64,000 nt of DNA, taken from positions 1,798,001 through 1,862,000 of the forward strand of contig OZ037835.1 in assembly GCA_964035575.1 (NCBI GenBank), in the 5' to 3' direction. Under the pieces are notes generated by a model, which searched no databases, was not told the origin of the DNA, and worked only from the letters and a program-made list of their open reading frames with translations. This DNA comes from Rhynchopus sp. YZ270_cl-10. Lineage: Eukaryota. Position 1 is the first letter of the stretch; each line of letters starts with the position of its first letter. The translations under genes and the position numbers were made by a program. Below are positions 33,944-45,090 of this stretch, in pieces.

Positions 33944-36065
33944 CCCCCCCCACCTCTGTACACAGTTATACAGGGGGTGGGCCGAAGAAAAATTTTTCCG
34001 ACCAATTTTTGCCCACAAAAAATCGAAAAAAAAAATTTTTTTTTTCGATTCTCCTGTGTCTGTGCGTGCTGTGATGGGGTCATTTCGCGCTCAGAAATGA
34101 GTATTTTTGACCCAAAATACATGTGTCAGTTTTTACACGATTTTTGAAATTTTCAGTCCAAAACTGACACATGTATTTTGGGTCAAAAATACTCATTTTT
34201 GAGCGCGAAATGACCCCATCACAGCACGCACAGACACAGGAGAATCGAAAAAAAAAATTTTTTTTTTCGATTTTTTGTGGGCAAAAATTGGTCGGAAAAA
34301 TTTTTCTTCGGCCCAGCCCCTGTACAACCGTGTACAGAGGGGGGGGGGGGGTAGGGGGGTCCGTCCGGCCGTTTTTGCTGTCCAAAACCACTTTTTTTTG
34401 TAAAAACCCGCGAAAAACCCGAAAAACCACCTCAAAACACCCCCAAACCCCCAAAAAATCACCCAAAACCACGAAAAACACACTTTTGAGCACTATTTCG
34501 CACTTTTTTCTGATTTTTTTGGTGTTTTTTTCCGCTTTTTCCGCTTTTTTCCATGGAATTATACCCCCTAATATGCCTATAGAATCCCTGTACTGCTCAC
34601 TGAGACAGCATATCGACCAGAGGCTCCTTATTCATCGTACCGGTGTCTTCGTCGTGAAGGGGTGCACAATCTGCCGCAAATTCCTGCAACTCTGTCTTTG
34701 TCAAGAGATGAAGCACTCTAGTGTTGTACTTTTCAAGTTGCTACTTCTGGGTGATTTGCATGGACCTGCCTTTGTGGTGCGCTTGGTGTATCCTGCGGCA
34801 AGTTCTTCCCTTGAGAGATACGGAACCCAACCTAGACTGTAGAGGATGTCTAGGTTTCAGCGACAGTGGGTCGGTGTTGTCGGGGTGCTGGCTCCTTCCG
34901 TGGTGGCTTGCAACTTGGTCAAGGACACCGACAATGGATTCGCACGAATCATTGGTCATAGGAGGAGGCAAGGAAGGCTTTACTGCACTTAGGCACAGGG
35001 TACGTTCTCATTTTCAGGGACCAAAAAGCCCCAGTAAGTGTTGCAAGTGCGATTTTCCACAGCTCGGGAGGTCTGTCAGGCAGTTCGGAGGGATTTAGAC
35101 ACTTCTGCGACTGCCTGAATACGCCTTTTAGGGTTTTTATTTTGGGTGCGAAATACGTCAAAAGGATGGGGGGAAATACCGTTATTTTAAGCGTTGCAGA
35201 CACAAAAACACCCTCAAAAACCCCCCAGGGACCCCAAAAAGCTGCAAAATCCACACATGTCCACCTCGGGACCTCATTGGGGGTGGACCGAGGTGGTTTT
35301 TTGGTGTTTTGAATGAATTGGTATTATTTTTTTTTGGTAAATAAGTGGTCTTCTGCTAGGCGTTGCATAGCCGTTGCTTAAGTGTTGCATAAGTGTTGCA
35401 TGGCCTATAAAACCCTCCCAAGTGCCCAAAATGCTATTTTTCACCCTACATGGGGTCTGGGGGACATTTTCCTGGGTGTTTGGACACCATTCCGACTACC
35501 TTGGCACTTTTTTGGGGGTTTTCAGGTACAAAAAAAGTCAAAAAAGTGACTAAAAAAAGGGTACTTTTAAGCGTTTGGGGCACACACACCCACTGCAAAA
35601 TGCATCTGGGGCCCACACAGGACCCCTAAAAGCTGTAAAAACTATATATTTCCACCCTGGGACCCCACCGGATGTGGACTGGGGTGTTTTTCGGGTGTTT
35701 AGAAGGATTTTTGTCTGATTGGAGAATTTTTTTGGTAAGTGTTGCATTTTGGCCCATGTTGATGACGATTTGATGACGCTATTTTTGGAGATTTTTCACA
35801 AAAAACCGATTTTTTTTAACCAGGAAAGTCTCTGTAGAGGTTGTCAGGTGGTTTAATGGGATATTTTCGTGATCCCCAGGGCGATTTGCGGCCAGGTACG
35901 ACCTTTTTAGTGGGTTTCTTCACCTAAATTTCAAAAAAATGGGTTTGGGACAGCAAATCCTTAAGGAATTCCTTCTACGTGGACCCCCCTAGGGGGGGGG
36001 GGGGGGGGACCCACCACCCCTAATCCGTGTTGGCCTGCCTACCCCCCCAGTTAGGCTGAGGCCTG
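33850..36065. mobile_element. hAT-like element, 2.2 kb, 8-bp TSD, containing a long palindrome
   Basis: Termini CAGGCCTC...GAGGCCTG, with TSD GCATACCG at 33842-33849 and 36066-36073. It interrupts the ankyrin spacer seen intact near 24745 and 27525. Confidence 0.9.
33953..34340. repeat. Near-perfect palindrome, ~180-bp arms, ~26-bp spacer, flanked by poly-C and poly-G
   Basis: 33953-34133 is the reverse complement of 34160-34340 with few mismatches. Confidence 0.95.
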
Positions 36066-36186
36066 GCATACCGGGCTGGCCGTCAGCATGACTCCAGCTA
36101 AGGCACAGGGAGTCATTCAGTACTGAAGGTTTTGCTTTTGCCTGCATTTCAACCAAGAAAAAGAAAGGCCACTTGTTGTCGTACCT

Positions 36187-36258
36187 CTCAAAGACTTTCT
36201 CAAAGACTTTCTCAAAGACTTTCTCAAAGACTTTCTCAAAGACTTTCTCAAAGACTTT
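36187..36258. repeat. (CTCAAAGACTTT)x6 minisatellite
   Basis: Six perfect 12-mers. The same unit is single in most paralogous spacers and double near 31935. Confidence 0.97.
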
Positions 36259-36620
36259 CCCATCTCTCGCACATACATTACATCTTCATCAGGAAAATTG
36301 TCAATTTTTCGCTCATTAAATTGTGAACAGTGTTTGGTGTTTTTCAAAAAGTACCCGTGTGACTGAGTGTGGGGGATGCGTTCAAGAATTAAACTCTTCC
36401 CCCCAAACCCCCTTTCGTCTCTAGTTTTCTTTATCCAAGCGTCGAGTGGACGCGTAATAATTTTGGTGAACTTCTCCCCTCTTTATCCCACAGAGTTCTC
36501 CTCTGCCAACCCCGAGCCTCTCGAGCATGCTATCCCCCCATTTTGTTGTATCTTGCCTCCTCCTCCTCCTCCTCCTTCTCAACACTTACCCCACAACAGA
36601 GCAACACTTCACTCGAAACA

Positions 36621-38165
36621 ATGGAACTGTGTGTGCAGGGATATGATGATGAAACTAAATACGTGATTGAGGTGGGTGAGAACGACACAACGGAGGCGAT
36701 GCGGCAGAAGGTGGCGTCTGCAACAGGGTTGTGCGAAGACAGCTTCCACATGGGCTTCGGAGGGAAGGAGGAAGGAGAGGACATCACAGAACTGAGTGCT
36801 GGAGACACAGTCGTGTTGACGAAAACTACTAAGGTCGCATCTGTTGAGGAACTTCGTGCCTTGGGTGAGACAGACATTTCCGAAGCGAGGTTGGCGACTG
36901 TGAGGGATCCTGAGGTGGCTTCTCTGCTTCTTCAGGCGGAGGTTGCGACTGTTATTCCGGATGGGTTCTTGTGGGGAGCATCGTTTACGAGACTTGATCT
37001 CTCTGCTGTGTCTGGGGTGACGCGGATTCAGCACAACTTTCTCCACGGGTGTGCGTCGGTGGAAACGGTTGACTTGTCGGGATTGTGCAACGTTACGCAC
37101 ATCGGGAATGACTGTCTCTATCGGTGCCCATCGTTGACAAGCCTTGACGTGTCAGGGTTCACTGGTGTGACGGTGATAGGGAACTCGTTCCTCCGCGGAA
37201 GTGGCGTCACAGAGCTTGACTTATCCGCGATGACGAGCGTGACGACGGTTGGTAAGAACTTCCTCCTCAACTGCGAGTCGTTGGAAAGTCTTGACATCTC
37301 AGGATGGCGCAGAGTCACGCACATTGCGAACAACTTCCTCCATCACTGCACCTCGTTGGCAACCATTGATTTATCAGCTTTTTGCAGTGTGACGAAGATC
37401 GGCTCCGAATTTCTCCGCAACTGCACGTCGTTGACCACCATCAGCTTTTCAGGGATGACCAATGTGACGGACATTGGGCACAGCTTTTGTGCGGAGTGCA
37501 CCTCGTTGGAAACGATTGACTTGTCAGCACTACAAAAAGTTGTGAAGGTGGAATACTGCTTCCTTTGGAGGTGCACCTCGCTGGCAAGTATCGACCTCTC
37601 AGCTTTTGGGAGTACCACAGGCGTTGGGCACAGCTTTCTTGGTCACTGCTCGTCATTGAAAACAGTTGATTTATCAGTGTTGCGCAGCATCCCGCACATT
37701 GCTCCAAGCTGGCTGGAAGGGTGCTCCGCGTTGACAACAGCAGACTTATCAGGACTGAGCAATGTTGAGTACATTTGTGCACAGTTCCTGCGAGAGTGCA
37801 CATCCTTGACCACGCTGGACATGTCAGGTATAGGCAGTGGCACAATGATCCAGCACCACTTCCTGGACAACTGCAACGCACTCACAACAGTCGTCTTGCC
37901 AGGCAACATCGACATTCACGAGATGTCTCTCCCGAATGAAGCCCAAGAGAACTATGGCACTGGACTCCCGAAGACCTTCTATGCATGTGTGCGTGACATT
38001 TACGCAAGGTTTACGGAACAGTTCGGAGGTGTGCGGACAGAAGATCTCGTACGAACAGACGTGTCTGGAGATGCAAGACAATGTATTGCATTGAAAGCAG
38101 GACAAGAAGGAGAAGGTTTGATGCAAGCACAAGAGGACAAGGACAAGCAGGAACTGGACAAATAA
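36621..38165 (+). CDS. Ubiquitin-like domain + BspA/TpLRR-type leucine-rich repeat protein (514 aa)
   Basis: Repeated ~26-aa units CTSLxTIDLSxxxxVTxIGxxFLxx. N-terminal MELCVQGYDDETKYVIEVGENDTTEAMRQKV...AGDTVVL has a ubiquitin-fold pattern. ATG at 36621. Confidence 0.9.
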   Translation: MELCVQGYDDETKYVIEVGENDTTEAMRQKVASATGLCEDSFHMGFGGKEEGEDITELSAGDTVVLTKTTKVASVEELRALGETDISEARLATVRDPEVASLLLQAEVATVIPDGFLWGASFTRLDLSAVSGVTRIQHNFLHGCASVETVDLSGLCNVTHIGNDCLYRCPSLTSLDVSGFTGVTVIGNSFLRGSGVTELDLSAMTSVTTVGKNFLLNCESLESLDISGWRRVTHIANNFLHHCTSLATIDLSAFCSVTKIGSEFLRNCTSLTTISFSGMTNVTDIGHSFCAECTSLETIDLSALQKVVKVEYCFLWRCTSLASIDLSAFGSTTGVGHSFLGHCSSLKTVDLSVLRSIPHIAPSWLEGCSALTTADLSGLSNVEYICAQFLRECTSLTTLDMSGIGSGTMIQHHFLDNCNALTTVVLPGNIDIHEMSLPNEAQENYGTGLPKTFYACVRDIYARFTEQFGGVRTEDLVRTDVSGDARQCIALKAGQEGEGLMQAQEDKDKQELDK

Positions 38166-38286
38166 GGATATTTCGAGGGTTTGGGGCAGGACAAACAGGG
38201 GGTCTGGGGGGAACGGGGACACTTCGGCAAAAGTATTGAAGCACCTTTTTGTTTTGGATATCTGTAAGGACTTTGGGAAAACTTGC

Positions 38287-38325
38287 CACAGTAAGCATGC
38301 TGTTGCCGACAGCATGCTTACTGTG
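38287..38325. repeat. Perfect 17-bp hairpin downstream of the LRR gene
   Basis: CACAGTAAGCATGCTGT-TGCCG-ACAGCATGCTTACTGTG. Confidence 0.85.
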
Positions 38326-38805
38326 CATGCTTACAGCATGCCGACAGCATCTGGGACGCAGATTTCCACAGTTTTATTCTGTGCCATACCAATCAAAAAC
38401 AGTTGCGGTATAAACATCGGAGGGTAAAGAAGCAAAGTGAGGTTTTTGATTTTGAAAAGCTGCTGGTTTTTTCGAGTGTATGCGCTAAGGGACGCGTCAT
38501 GACAGCTATGTCCACCACTCAGCAGTACCAATATCGGCACCAAACACGCCGAGACCACCGGGACCAGAATGGATTCTTTGTCCAGAATGGAAGCTCGAGA
38601 ATGGATGTGTAGGAGGACTGCATGGTTCGGGTCCACCCCATATGATGAATGACGTGACATGCATTGTGTACTGTGCCCACATGGACGCATCAACATTGTG
38701 CATTCGTGTGTGTTGCATGTGTGCCCTTCGTCCTCTCTCGTCACTCACAACCTCTCACAAAAAGAAACCAACACAAAAGACACAGCAACAACACACAAAC
38801 ACACA

Positions 38806-40479
38806 ATGCCGAAGCGACATGCAGACAGCACGCAGGACGAGAACCCACGAAAGAGAAGACAGCTTTCTGCAGACGAGGCCTTCGTGGAGGCTGCCAGGAA
38901 CGGCGACACGACTGCCGTGTGGGAGGTACTTGACAAGTACTTCACAGTAATAAAAACAACGGCCTTCGATGCTGCACACGAGGCATGCAGAGGGAACCAC
39001 GATGAATGCCTCGCACTGCTTCTTCCGTATGTTGAGACAACGCAGATGGGCTTTGGGATCCTGCTGAGTGAGTGTGTCCACGCAGACCACGTTGCGTGCA
39101 CGGAGGTCCTCTTGCAGCATTGGAAGTCCGTCTGCAACAAAGTGTCGTTTGTCAGGCACGAGTCCAAACACAGCGCAAGTCAGTCAGTGGGTGTCTCTCC
39201 GGCCATGTGGTCAGACCCTGCAGTGTGTCGCGTCTTGATTGATGCAGGGGCAGACTTACATACGAAAAACGAGATCGAACAGTCACCTCTGCACTATGCT
39301 TGCGCTTCAGGAGCACTTGACGTTGTGAAGATGTTGGTTGGAGCAGGTGTGGGAGTGCGTGACACAAATGACAAAGGATGGACGTGTCTCCACGTTGCGG
39401 CACGTTTTGCACACATCGATACTGTTCGTTATCTTGCGGGCTTGCCAGAGGACGATTTGAATTTCGAAGACAGTGACAACCACACTGCGTTGCACTTAGC
39501 CGTGCGTGAGAAGCTCACAGACGTGGTGCAGGTGCTGATTGATGCAGGTGCAGACATCGATACGGTGAACAAAGACGGATGGGCGCCCCTGGACTCTGCT
39601 TGCGAATATGGAACACTTGACGTTGTGAAGATGTTGGTCGAAGCAGGTACAGGACTACGAGACACAATTGACGAAGGATGGACGTGTCTCCACATTGCGG
39701 CGTGTTTTGGACATACCGAGACTGTTCGCTATCTTATGGGCTTGCCATTTGTTGATATGAATCACCGAGACGGGAGCAACCGCACTGCGTTGTGCGTTGC
39801 CGCGGATGAAGAACACACAGACATTGTGCAGATGCTGATTGGTGCAGGTGCAGACATCGACACACAGAACGATGAGGGATGGTCGCCTCTGCACTATGCT
39901 TCCCTTTTAGGAACACTTGACGTTGTTAGGATGTTGGTCAGAGCAGGTGCGGAAATGCGTACCACAGACAACGATGGGTGCACGTGTCTTCACGGTGCGG
40001 CACGCTATGGACGCACCGAGACTGTGCGCTATCTTGCGGGCTTGCCAGAGGTGGAACTGAATCACAGAGATGATGAGAACAATAGTGCTTTGCACTTAGC
40101 AGTGGATGAGAATCGTACAGACATTGTGCAGGTGCTGATTGATGCAGGTGCAGACATCGACACACAGAACCACGCGGGATGTTCGCCTCTGCATTCTGCT
40201 TGCGCTTCAGAATATGGTGCACTTGACATTGTGAAGACGTTGGTCAGAGGAGGTGCGGGAGTACGTGCCACAAATGACATAGGACGCACATGTCTTCACC
40301 TTGCGGCAGAGCTTGGACACATCGAGACTGTGCGCTATCTTGTGGGCTTGCCAGAGGTGGAACTGAATCACCGAGACACTGAAAAGAACTACACTGCGTT
40401 GCAGTATGCGGTGGAGGAAAATCACAAAGAAGTTACACAGGTGCTGCTTGATGCACTGTATGTTGTGTTTGGAGTTTGA
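38806..40479 (+). CDS. NLS-ankyrin repeat protein, copy 8 (557 aa, 12 repeats, DALYVVFGV tail)
   Basis: Intact ORF, closest to copy 5. Confidence 0.95.
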   Translation: MPKRHADSTQDENPRKRRQLSADEAFVEAARNGDTTAVWEVLDKYFTVIKTTAFDAAHEACRGNHDECLALLLPYVETTQMGFGILLSECVHADHVACTEVLLQHWKSVCNKVSFVRHESKHSASQSVGVSPAMWSDPAVCRVLIDAGADLHTKNEIEQSPLHYACASGALDVVKMLVGAGVGVRDTNDKGWTCLHVAARFAHIDTVRYLAGLPEDDLNFEDSDNHTALHLAVREKLTDVVQVLIDAGADIDTVNKDGWAPLDSACEYGTLDVVKMLVEAGTGLRDTIDEGWTCLHIAACFGHTETVRYLMGLPFVDMNHRDGSNRTALCVAADEEHTDIVQMLIGAGADIDTQNDEGWSPLHYASLLGTLDVVRMLVRAGAEMRTTDNDGCTCLHGAARYGRTETVRYLAGLPEVELNHRDDENNSALHLAVDENRTDIVQVLIDAGADIDTQNHAGCSPLHSACASEYGALDIVKTLVRGGAGVRATNDIGRTCLHLAAELGHIETVRYLVGLPEVELNHRDTEKNYTALQYAVEENHKEVTQVLLDALYVVFGV

Positions 40480-41228
40480 GACATGCTCACGTACCTCGTG
40501 ACTTCGACCCCACCTGCGTGTGTTAGCTGCTCTGGAGGTGGTGGTGTTTCAGTTGTACTGGGATGCTTTTATGGAACAGATGTTATTCTCCGCCCCGTAA
40601 ACACCACTTTCAATGAGAAAAAACTATTTTATTCTCCTTTTTTCTTCCACATTCACTGATTTTTGTGTTCGCTAATTTTTAAATCAAAAAGCTTTGTCAT
40701 CCCTGAGGTGGGTAGACCTGTGTTAATAAGCCAATTTCCTTCTACCCTCATAGTAAGAATCATGCTTTAAACAACTCTTTGCCTGCCCATACGATTGCCC
40801 GCTAAATTAAGTGAGGTGAGCGTCGGGAAACGAAAGCGAACATTGTGGTCAACGTTTTTTATGAACAGGTTTAAGACCCCAAGAGGGGATCAACAGGGGG
40901 ATGGGATCAACAAACAAGAAAAGAAGAACAAAGATGGTAGTCCCGTGTTTGGATGAAGATGCACCACCACCTTGTCCTCCAGGGACCTAGAGGCCACGTA
41001 CCCATCCGCATGACGCTTGTCTACTGTGTACAGGAAACAGCGTTGCGGTGCACTACCTTCCGTGGAATGTCGGTTCTGTGGGAACAGCTTTGTGCTAAAC
41101 GCGGAGAGGAGTTCGTGTGTACCACAAACAGTGAGGGATGTGGGGGTGAAGGAGGCGTGCATGGTGCACCTTGCACCGTCTGGGGTACAAACCAACACAA
41201 AGACACAGCAACAATACACAAACACACA

Positions 41229-42665
41229 ATGCCGAAGCGACACGCAGACAGCACGCAGGACGAGAACCTACGAAAGAGAAGACAGCTTTCTGCAGACGAG
41301 GTCTTGGAGGAGGCTGCCAGGAACGGCGACACGACTGCCGTGCGGGCGGTACTTGACAAGTTCAACGCAGACAGAAAGACAGTGGCCTTCGATGCTGCGC
41401 ACGAGGCATGCAGAGGGAACCACGATGAATGCCTCGCACTGCTTCTTCCGTATGTTGAGACAACGCAGATGGGCTTTGGGATCCTGCTGAGTGAGTGTGT
41501 CCACGCAGACCACGTTGCGTGCACGGAGGTCCTCTTGCAGCATTGGAAGTCCGTCTGCAACAAAGTGGCGTTTGTCCCGCGCGTGTCCGAACACAGCAGA
41601 GGTCATTCAGCGAGGCTCTGTCCGGCCATGTGGTCAGACCCTGCAGTGTGTCGCGTCTTGATTGATGCAGGGGCAGACTTACATACAAGAAACGAGAAGC
41701 TAGAGTCGCCTCTGCACTATGCTTGTGGATCAGGAGCACTTGACGTTGTGAAGATGTTGGTTGAAGCAGGTGCGGGAGTGCGTGCTACAAGTGACGCAGG
41801 GGACACGTGTCTTATCCTTGCGGCACGTTTTGGACACACGGAGACTGTGCACTACCTTGTGGGCTTGCCAGAAGTGGAACTGAATCACCGAGATGTTCAC
41901 AACCACGCTGTGTTGCACTTAGCGGTGTTTCGGAGTCGCACAGACGTGGTGCAGGTGCTGATTGATGCAGGTGCAGACATCGACATTAAGAACCCTGGAT
42001 TTTCGCCTCTGCACTCTGCTTGTAGAGCAGGAGATCTTGACATTGTGAAGATGTTGGTCAGAGCAGGTGCGGTAGTGAGTGCCACAAATGACGAAGGGTT
42101 CACGTGTTTTAACCTTGCGGTACATTTTGCAGACACCGAGACTGTGCGCTATCTTGTTAGCCTGCCAGATGTAGATGTGAATCACCGAGGGGCTCACAAC
42201 CGCACTGCGTTAGACGATGCTATTGACAATCAGGAAACAGACGTAGTGCAGGTGCTGATTGATGCAGGTGCATACATCGACACACAGAACAACGAGGGAC
42301 GTTCGCCTCTGCACTATGCTTGCGCTAGAGGAGCACTTGAGATTGTGGAGATGTTTGTCAGAGCAGGTGTGGGACTGCGCGTCACGGACAATGATGGGTG
42401 CACGTGTCTTATCCTTGCGGCACGTCGTGGACACATCGAGACTGTGCGCTATCTTGTGGGCTTGCCAGAAGTGGAACTGAATCACCGAGACACTGAAAAG
42501 AACTACACTGCGTTGCAGTATGCGGTGGAGGAAGATCACAAAGACGTTGCACAGGTGCTGCTTGATGTATTGTACTTGCAGTTTGAACAACAACAGCAAC
42601 AACAGGCCGTGCTCCTGAAGCTCCTGGAGAAGGAGAAGCAACGCTCGCAGCAGCGGCAGCAGTGA
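41229..42665 (+). CDS. NLS-ankyrin repeat protein, copy 9 (478 aa, 9 repeats, Gln-rich tail)
   Basis: Intact ORF with a unique C-terminus LQFEQQQQQQAVLLKLLEKEKQRSQQRQQ. Confidence 0.93.
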   Translation: MPKRHADSTQDENLRKRRQLSADEVLEEAARNGDTTAVRAVLDKFNADRKTVAFDAAHEACRGNHDECLALLLPYVETTQMGFGILLSECVHADHVACTEVLLQHWKSVCNKVAFVPRVSEHSRGHSARLCPAMWSDPAVCRVLIDAGADLHTRNEKLESPLHYACGSGALDVVKMLVEAGAGVRATSDAGDTCLILAARFGHTETVHYLVGLPEVELNHRDVHNHAVLHLAVFRSRTDVVQVLIDAGADIDIKNPGFSPLHSACRAGDLDIVKMLVRAGAVVSATNDEGFTCFNLAVHFADTETVRYLVSLPDVDVNHRGAHNRTALDDAIDNQETDVVQVLIDAGAYIDTQNNEGRSPLHYACARGALEIVEMFVRAGVGLRVTDNDGCTCLILAARRGHIETVRYLVGLPEVELNHRDTEKNYTALQYAVEEDHKDVAQVLLDVLYLQFEQQQQQQAVLLKLLEKEKQRSQQRQQ

Positions 42666-43929
42666 CCGTGCTGCCGCCGCCTCCCCTCTGCCCGCTGCAG
42701 TGCACCCGCACACACCGCTCCCGAGCACGCTGGTGATGTGCGTGTCCTCAGTCTCCAGCACAGTACGTAGCAAAGTCCCGGCTCTCCAAGGTCTTGTCTA
42801 AGATGAGAACCGACACTGATGTTCGGCCCGCCCTTTTGTTCGGCGGTACCTTTGTCATCTGTGGCGGTATCTTTACCCTAGGTAAGGGCTGGTTCAGGTG
42901 GGTAGGTCGAGTAAGTTCCCACGTAAAAAGTGAGGACAATAGGAAGGGTTTCACCTTTTCAATCTCCCCCTCATTTTTCCGTTTGCGATTTTTTTCTATC
43001 CCACGTTTTTAGTATCAACAGAGTGTGTACATTAATATTTTGAGCTTGAAAAAGCAGAAAATATGTTCCCCAGGTATCATGGCGAAGTGAAGGGAAAGTT
43101 ACCTGAAGTTAAGTTGTGCCTAAGAAAAGAACCGACATCGAATTCTGATCCGTCATTTTGTCGGCGGGACTTTTGCTATTTACTGTACAACCAGGTTTTT
43201 TTTTTTGTACTCAGGTAGCTACGTAGCCTTCAGGGAGGCAATCGTGTGCTAATACAGAAAGTATCAGTCAAGGCTGTCCTTACAGACGCATGCCAAAGCG
43301 GCCGCCACATGGGTGTGGACTTTAGATTGAAGTTTCATCATTGTACTAGCCCAGGGAGGGTTCCCGGCTACCGGCGAGGTCTCTTCCAATCCGTTCCCTA
43401 GTTTCCTAGGGGGGCCTCCTTGGCTTCACTGGCTAGGGCTCTGCAGGTCCCTCCACACATGTTGTGTGCCTGCCTTCAGCACCCAGGGTAGCATACCCAG
43501 CACCTTTTACCCTCAGGTCAGACCTTCATAGAGTTTCAGGAGGAGTGCCACAAAAGGGCCCCCGGATGCAATTTAACGTCCAGCCCAGGACGAAAAAGGT
43601 TTTCGAAAGAACATGCAAAATGGTGATGGAAGTGAACAAATATTAGAAAATAATTAGGGCATGGCAAGTGTTTTTTTTGTTTCGCGTCCCCCACTCCATC
43701 CCAAATCTGTACGCACGCACGCAAAAAAAAACTAGCTAGTAAAAAAAACTACTAGCCTTGTTCGGGAAAAACCCCGCCCCCAAACTTCAACAGTAACAAT
43801 ATCATGTGAAGGAAAACGCTGGCATTTGCATTTTTGAGCCAATCCCAGGAAGTGGTGGGGTCATTTTGCAGAAATGGCCAAGTTGTTGACCTATAGAAAA
43901 AATTCACTGTACAATACACTGTACACACT

Positions 43930-44586
43930 GTACAGTACAGTACAGTACAGTACAGTACAGTACAGTACAGTACAGTACAGTACAGTACAGTACAGTACAG
44001 TACAGTACAGTACAGTACAGTACAGTACAGTACAGTACAGTACAGTACAGTACAGTACAGTACAGTACAGTACAGTACAGTACAGTACAGTACAGTACAG
44101 TACAGTACAGTACAGTACAGTACAGTACAGTACAGTACAGTACAGTACAGTACAGTACAGTACAGTACAGTACAGTACAGTACAGTACAGTACAGTACAG
44201 TACAGTACAGTACAGTACAGTACAGTACAGTACAGTACAGTACAGTACAGTACAGTACAGTACAGTACAGTACAGTACAGTACAGTACAGTACAGTACAG
44301 TACAGTACAGTACAGTACAGTACAGTACAGTACAGTACAGTACAGTACAGTACAGTACAGTACAGTACAGTACAGTACAGTACAGTACAGTACAGTACAG
44401 TACAGTACAGTACAGTACAGTACAGTACAGTACAGTACAGTACAGTACAGTACAGTACAGTACAGTACAGTACAGTACAGTACAGTACAGTACAGTACAG
44501 TACAGTACAGTACAGTACAGTACAGTACAGTACAGTACAGTACAGTACAGTACAGTACAGTACAGTACAGTACAGTACAGTACAGT
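43930..44586. repeat. (CAGTA)n microsatellite, about 131 copies
   Basis: Directly visible perfect 5-mer array. Confidence 0.99.
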
Positions 44587-44682
44587 CTGTAGGGGTTGAA
44601 AAAAAATTTTCCCCGAGGGGGGTCCGTAAGTTTGTGTATTAGTGTGTAAAATTTCCGGCCCTTTTGGGTGAAAAAAAAAAAA

Positions 44683-45090
44683 GGGTGAGGGGAGTTGGGT
44701 CCAGTCATAGGGGGTATAGCATATTTTTTGGAAAATTCTTCAAAAAAGCAAGGATTTTTGCTGAGCACAATGAAATTTTCAGAAAAATCCCAATTTTCGG
44801 CCAAATTTGGAGCAAATTAGGGCCCACACACCCCGATTTTGGGTCAAAAACCGACTTCATTTTTGCTCAGGAGTGCCTACGATTACGTAAACCAGAGGTC
44901 CTCTGGATGCATGCATTGATAAACACAACACTGGAAATTGCAAGGAACAGGTCTGCATGCGTGTTCTCTAGCCACTACAGCCACAGAGTATGCACAAAAT
45001 GACCGTATTGTGGTTGAATTTTGACTTGCAAATGTTTTTCACGAACATGTATTTCTGAGGTTTTTTGGATTCTTTGGGCCATTTTATGAC
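44683..45090. repeat. Dispersed ~400-bp repeat with an inverted copy at about 54130-54660
   Basis: GGGTGAGGGGAGTTGGGTCCAGTCATAGGGGGTATAGC... matches the reverse complement at 54.6 kb. The ORF track shows near-identical translations (44664+ and 54318-/54451-). Confidence 0.9.

Noticed and set aside
34580..35130. Possible transposase remnant inside the 33850-36065 element
   Set aside because: Short frames with stops and no diagnostic motif.
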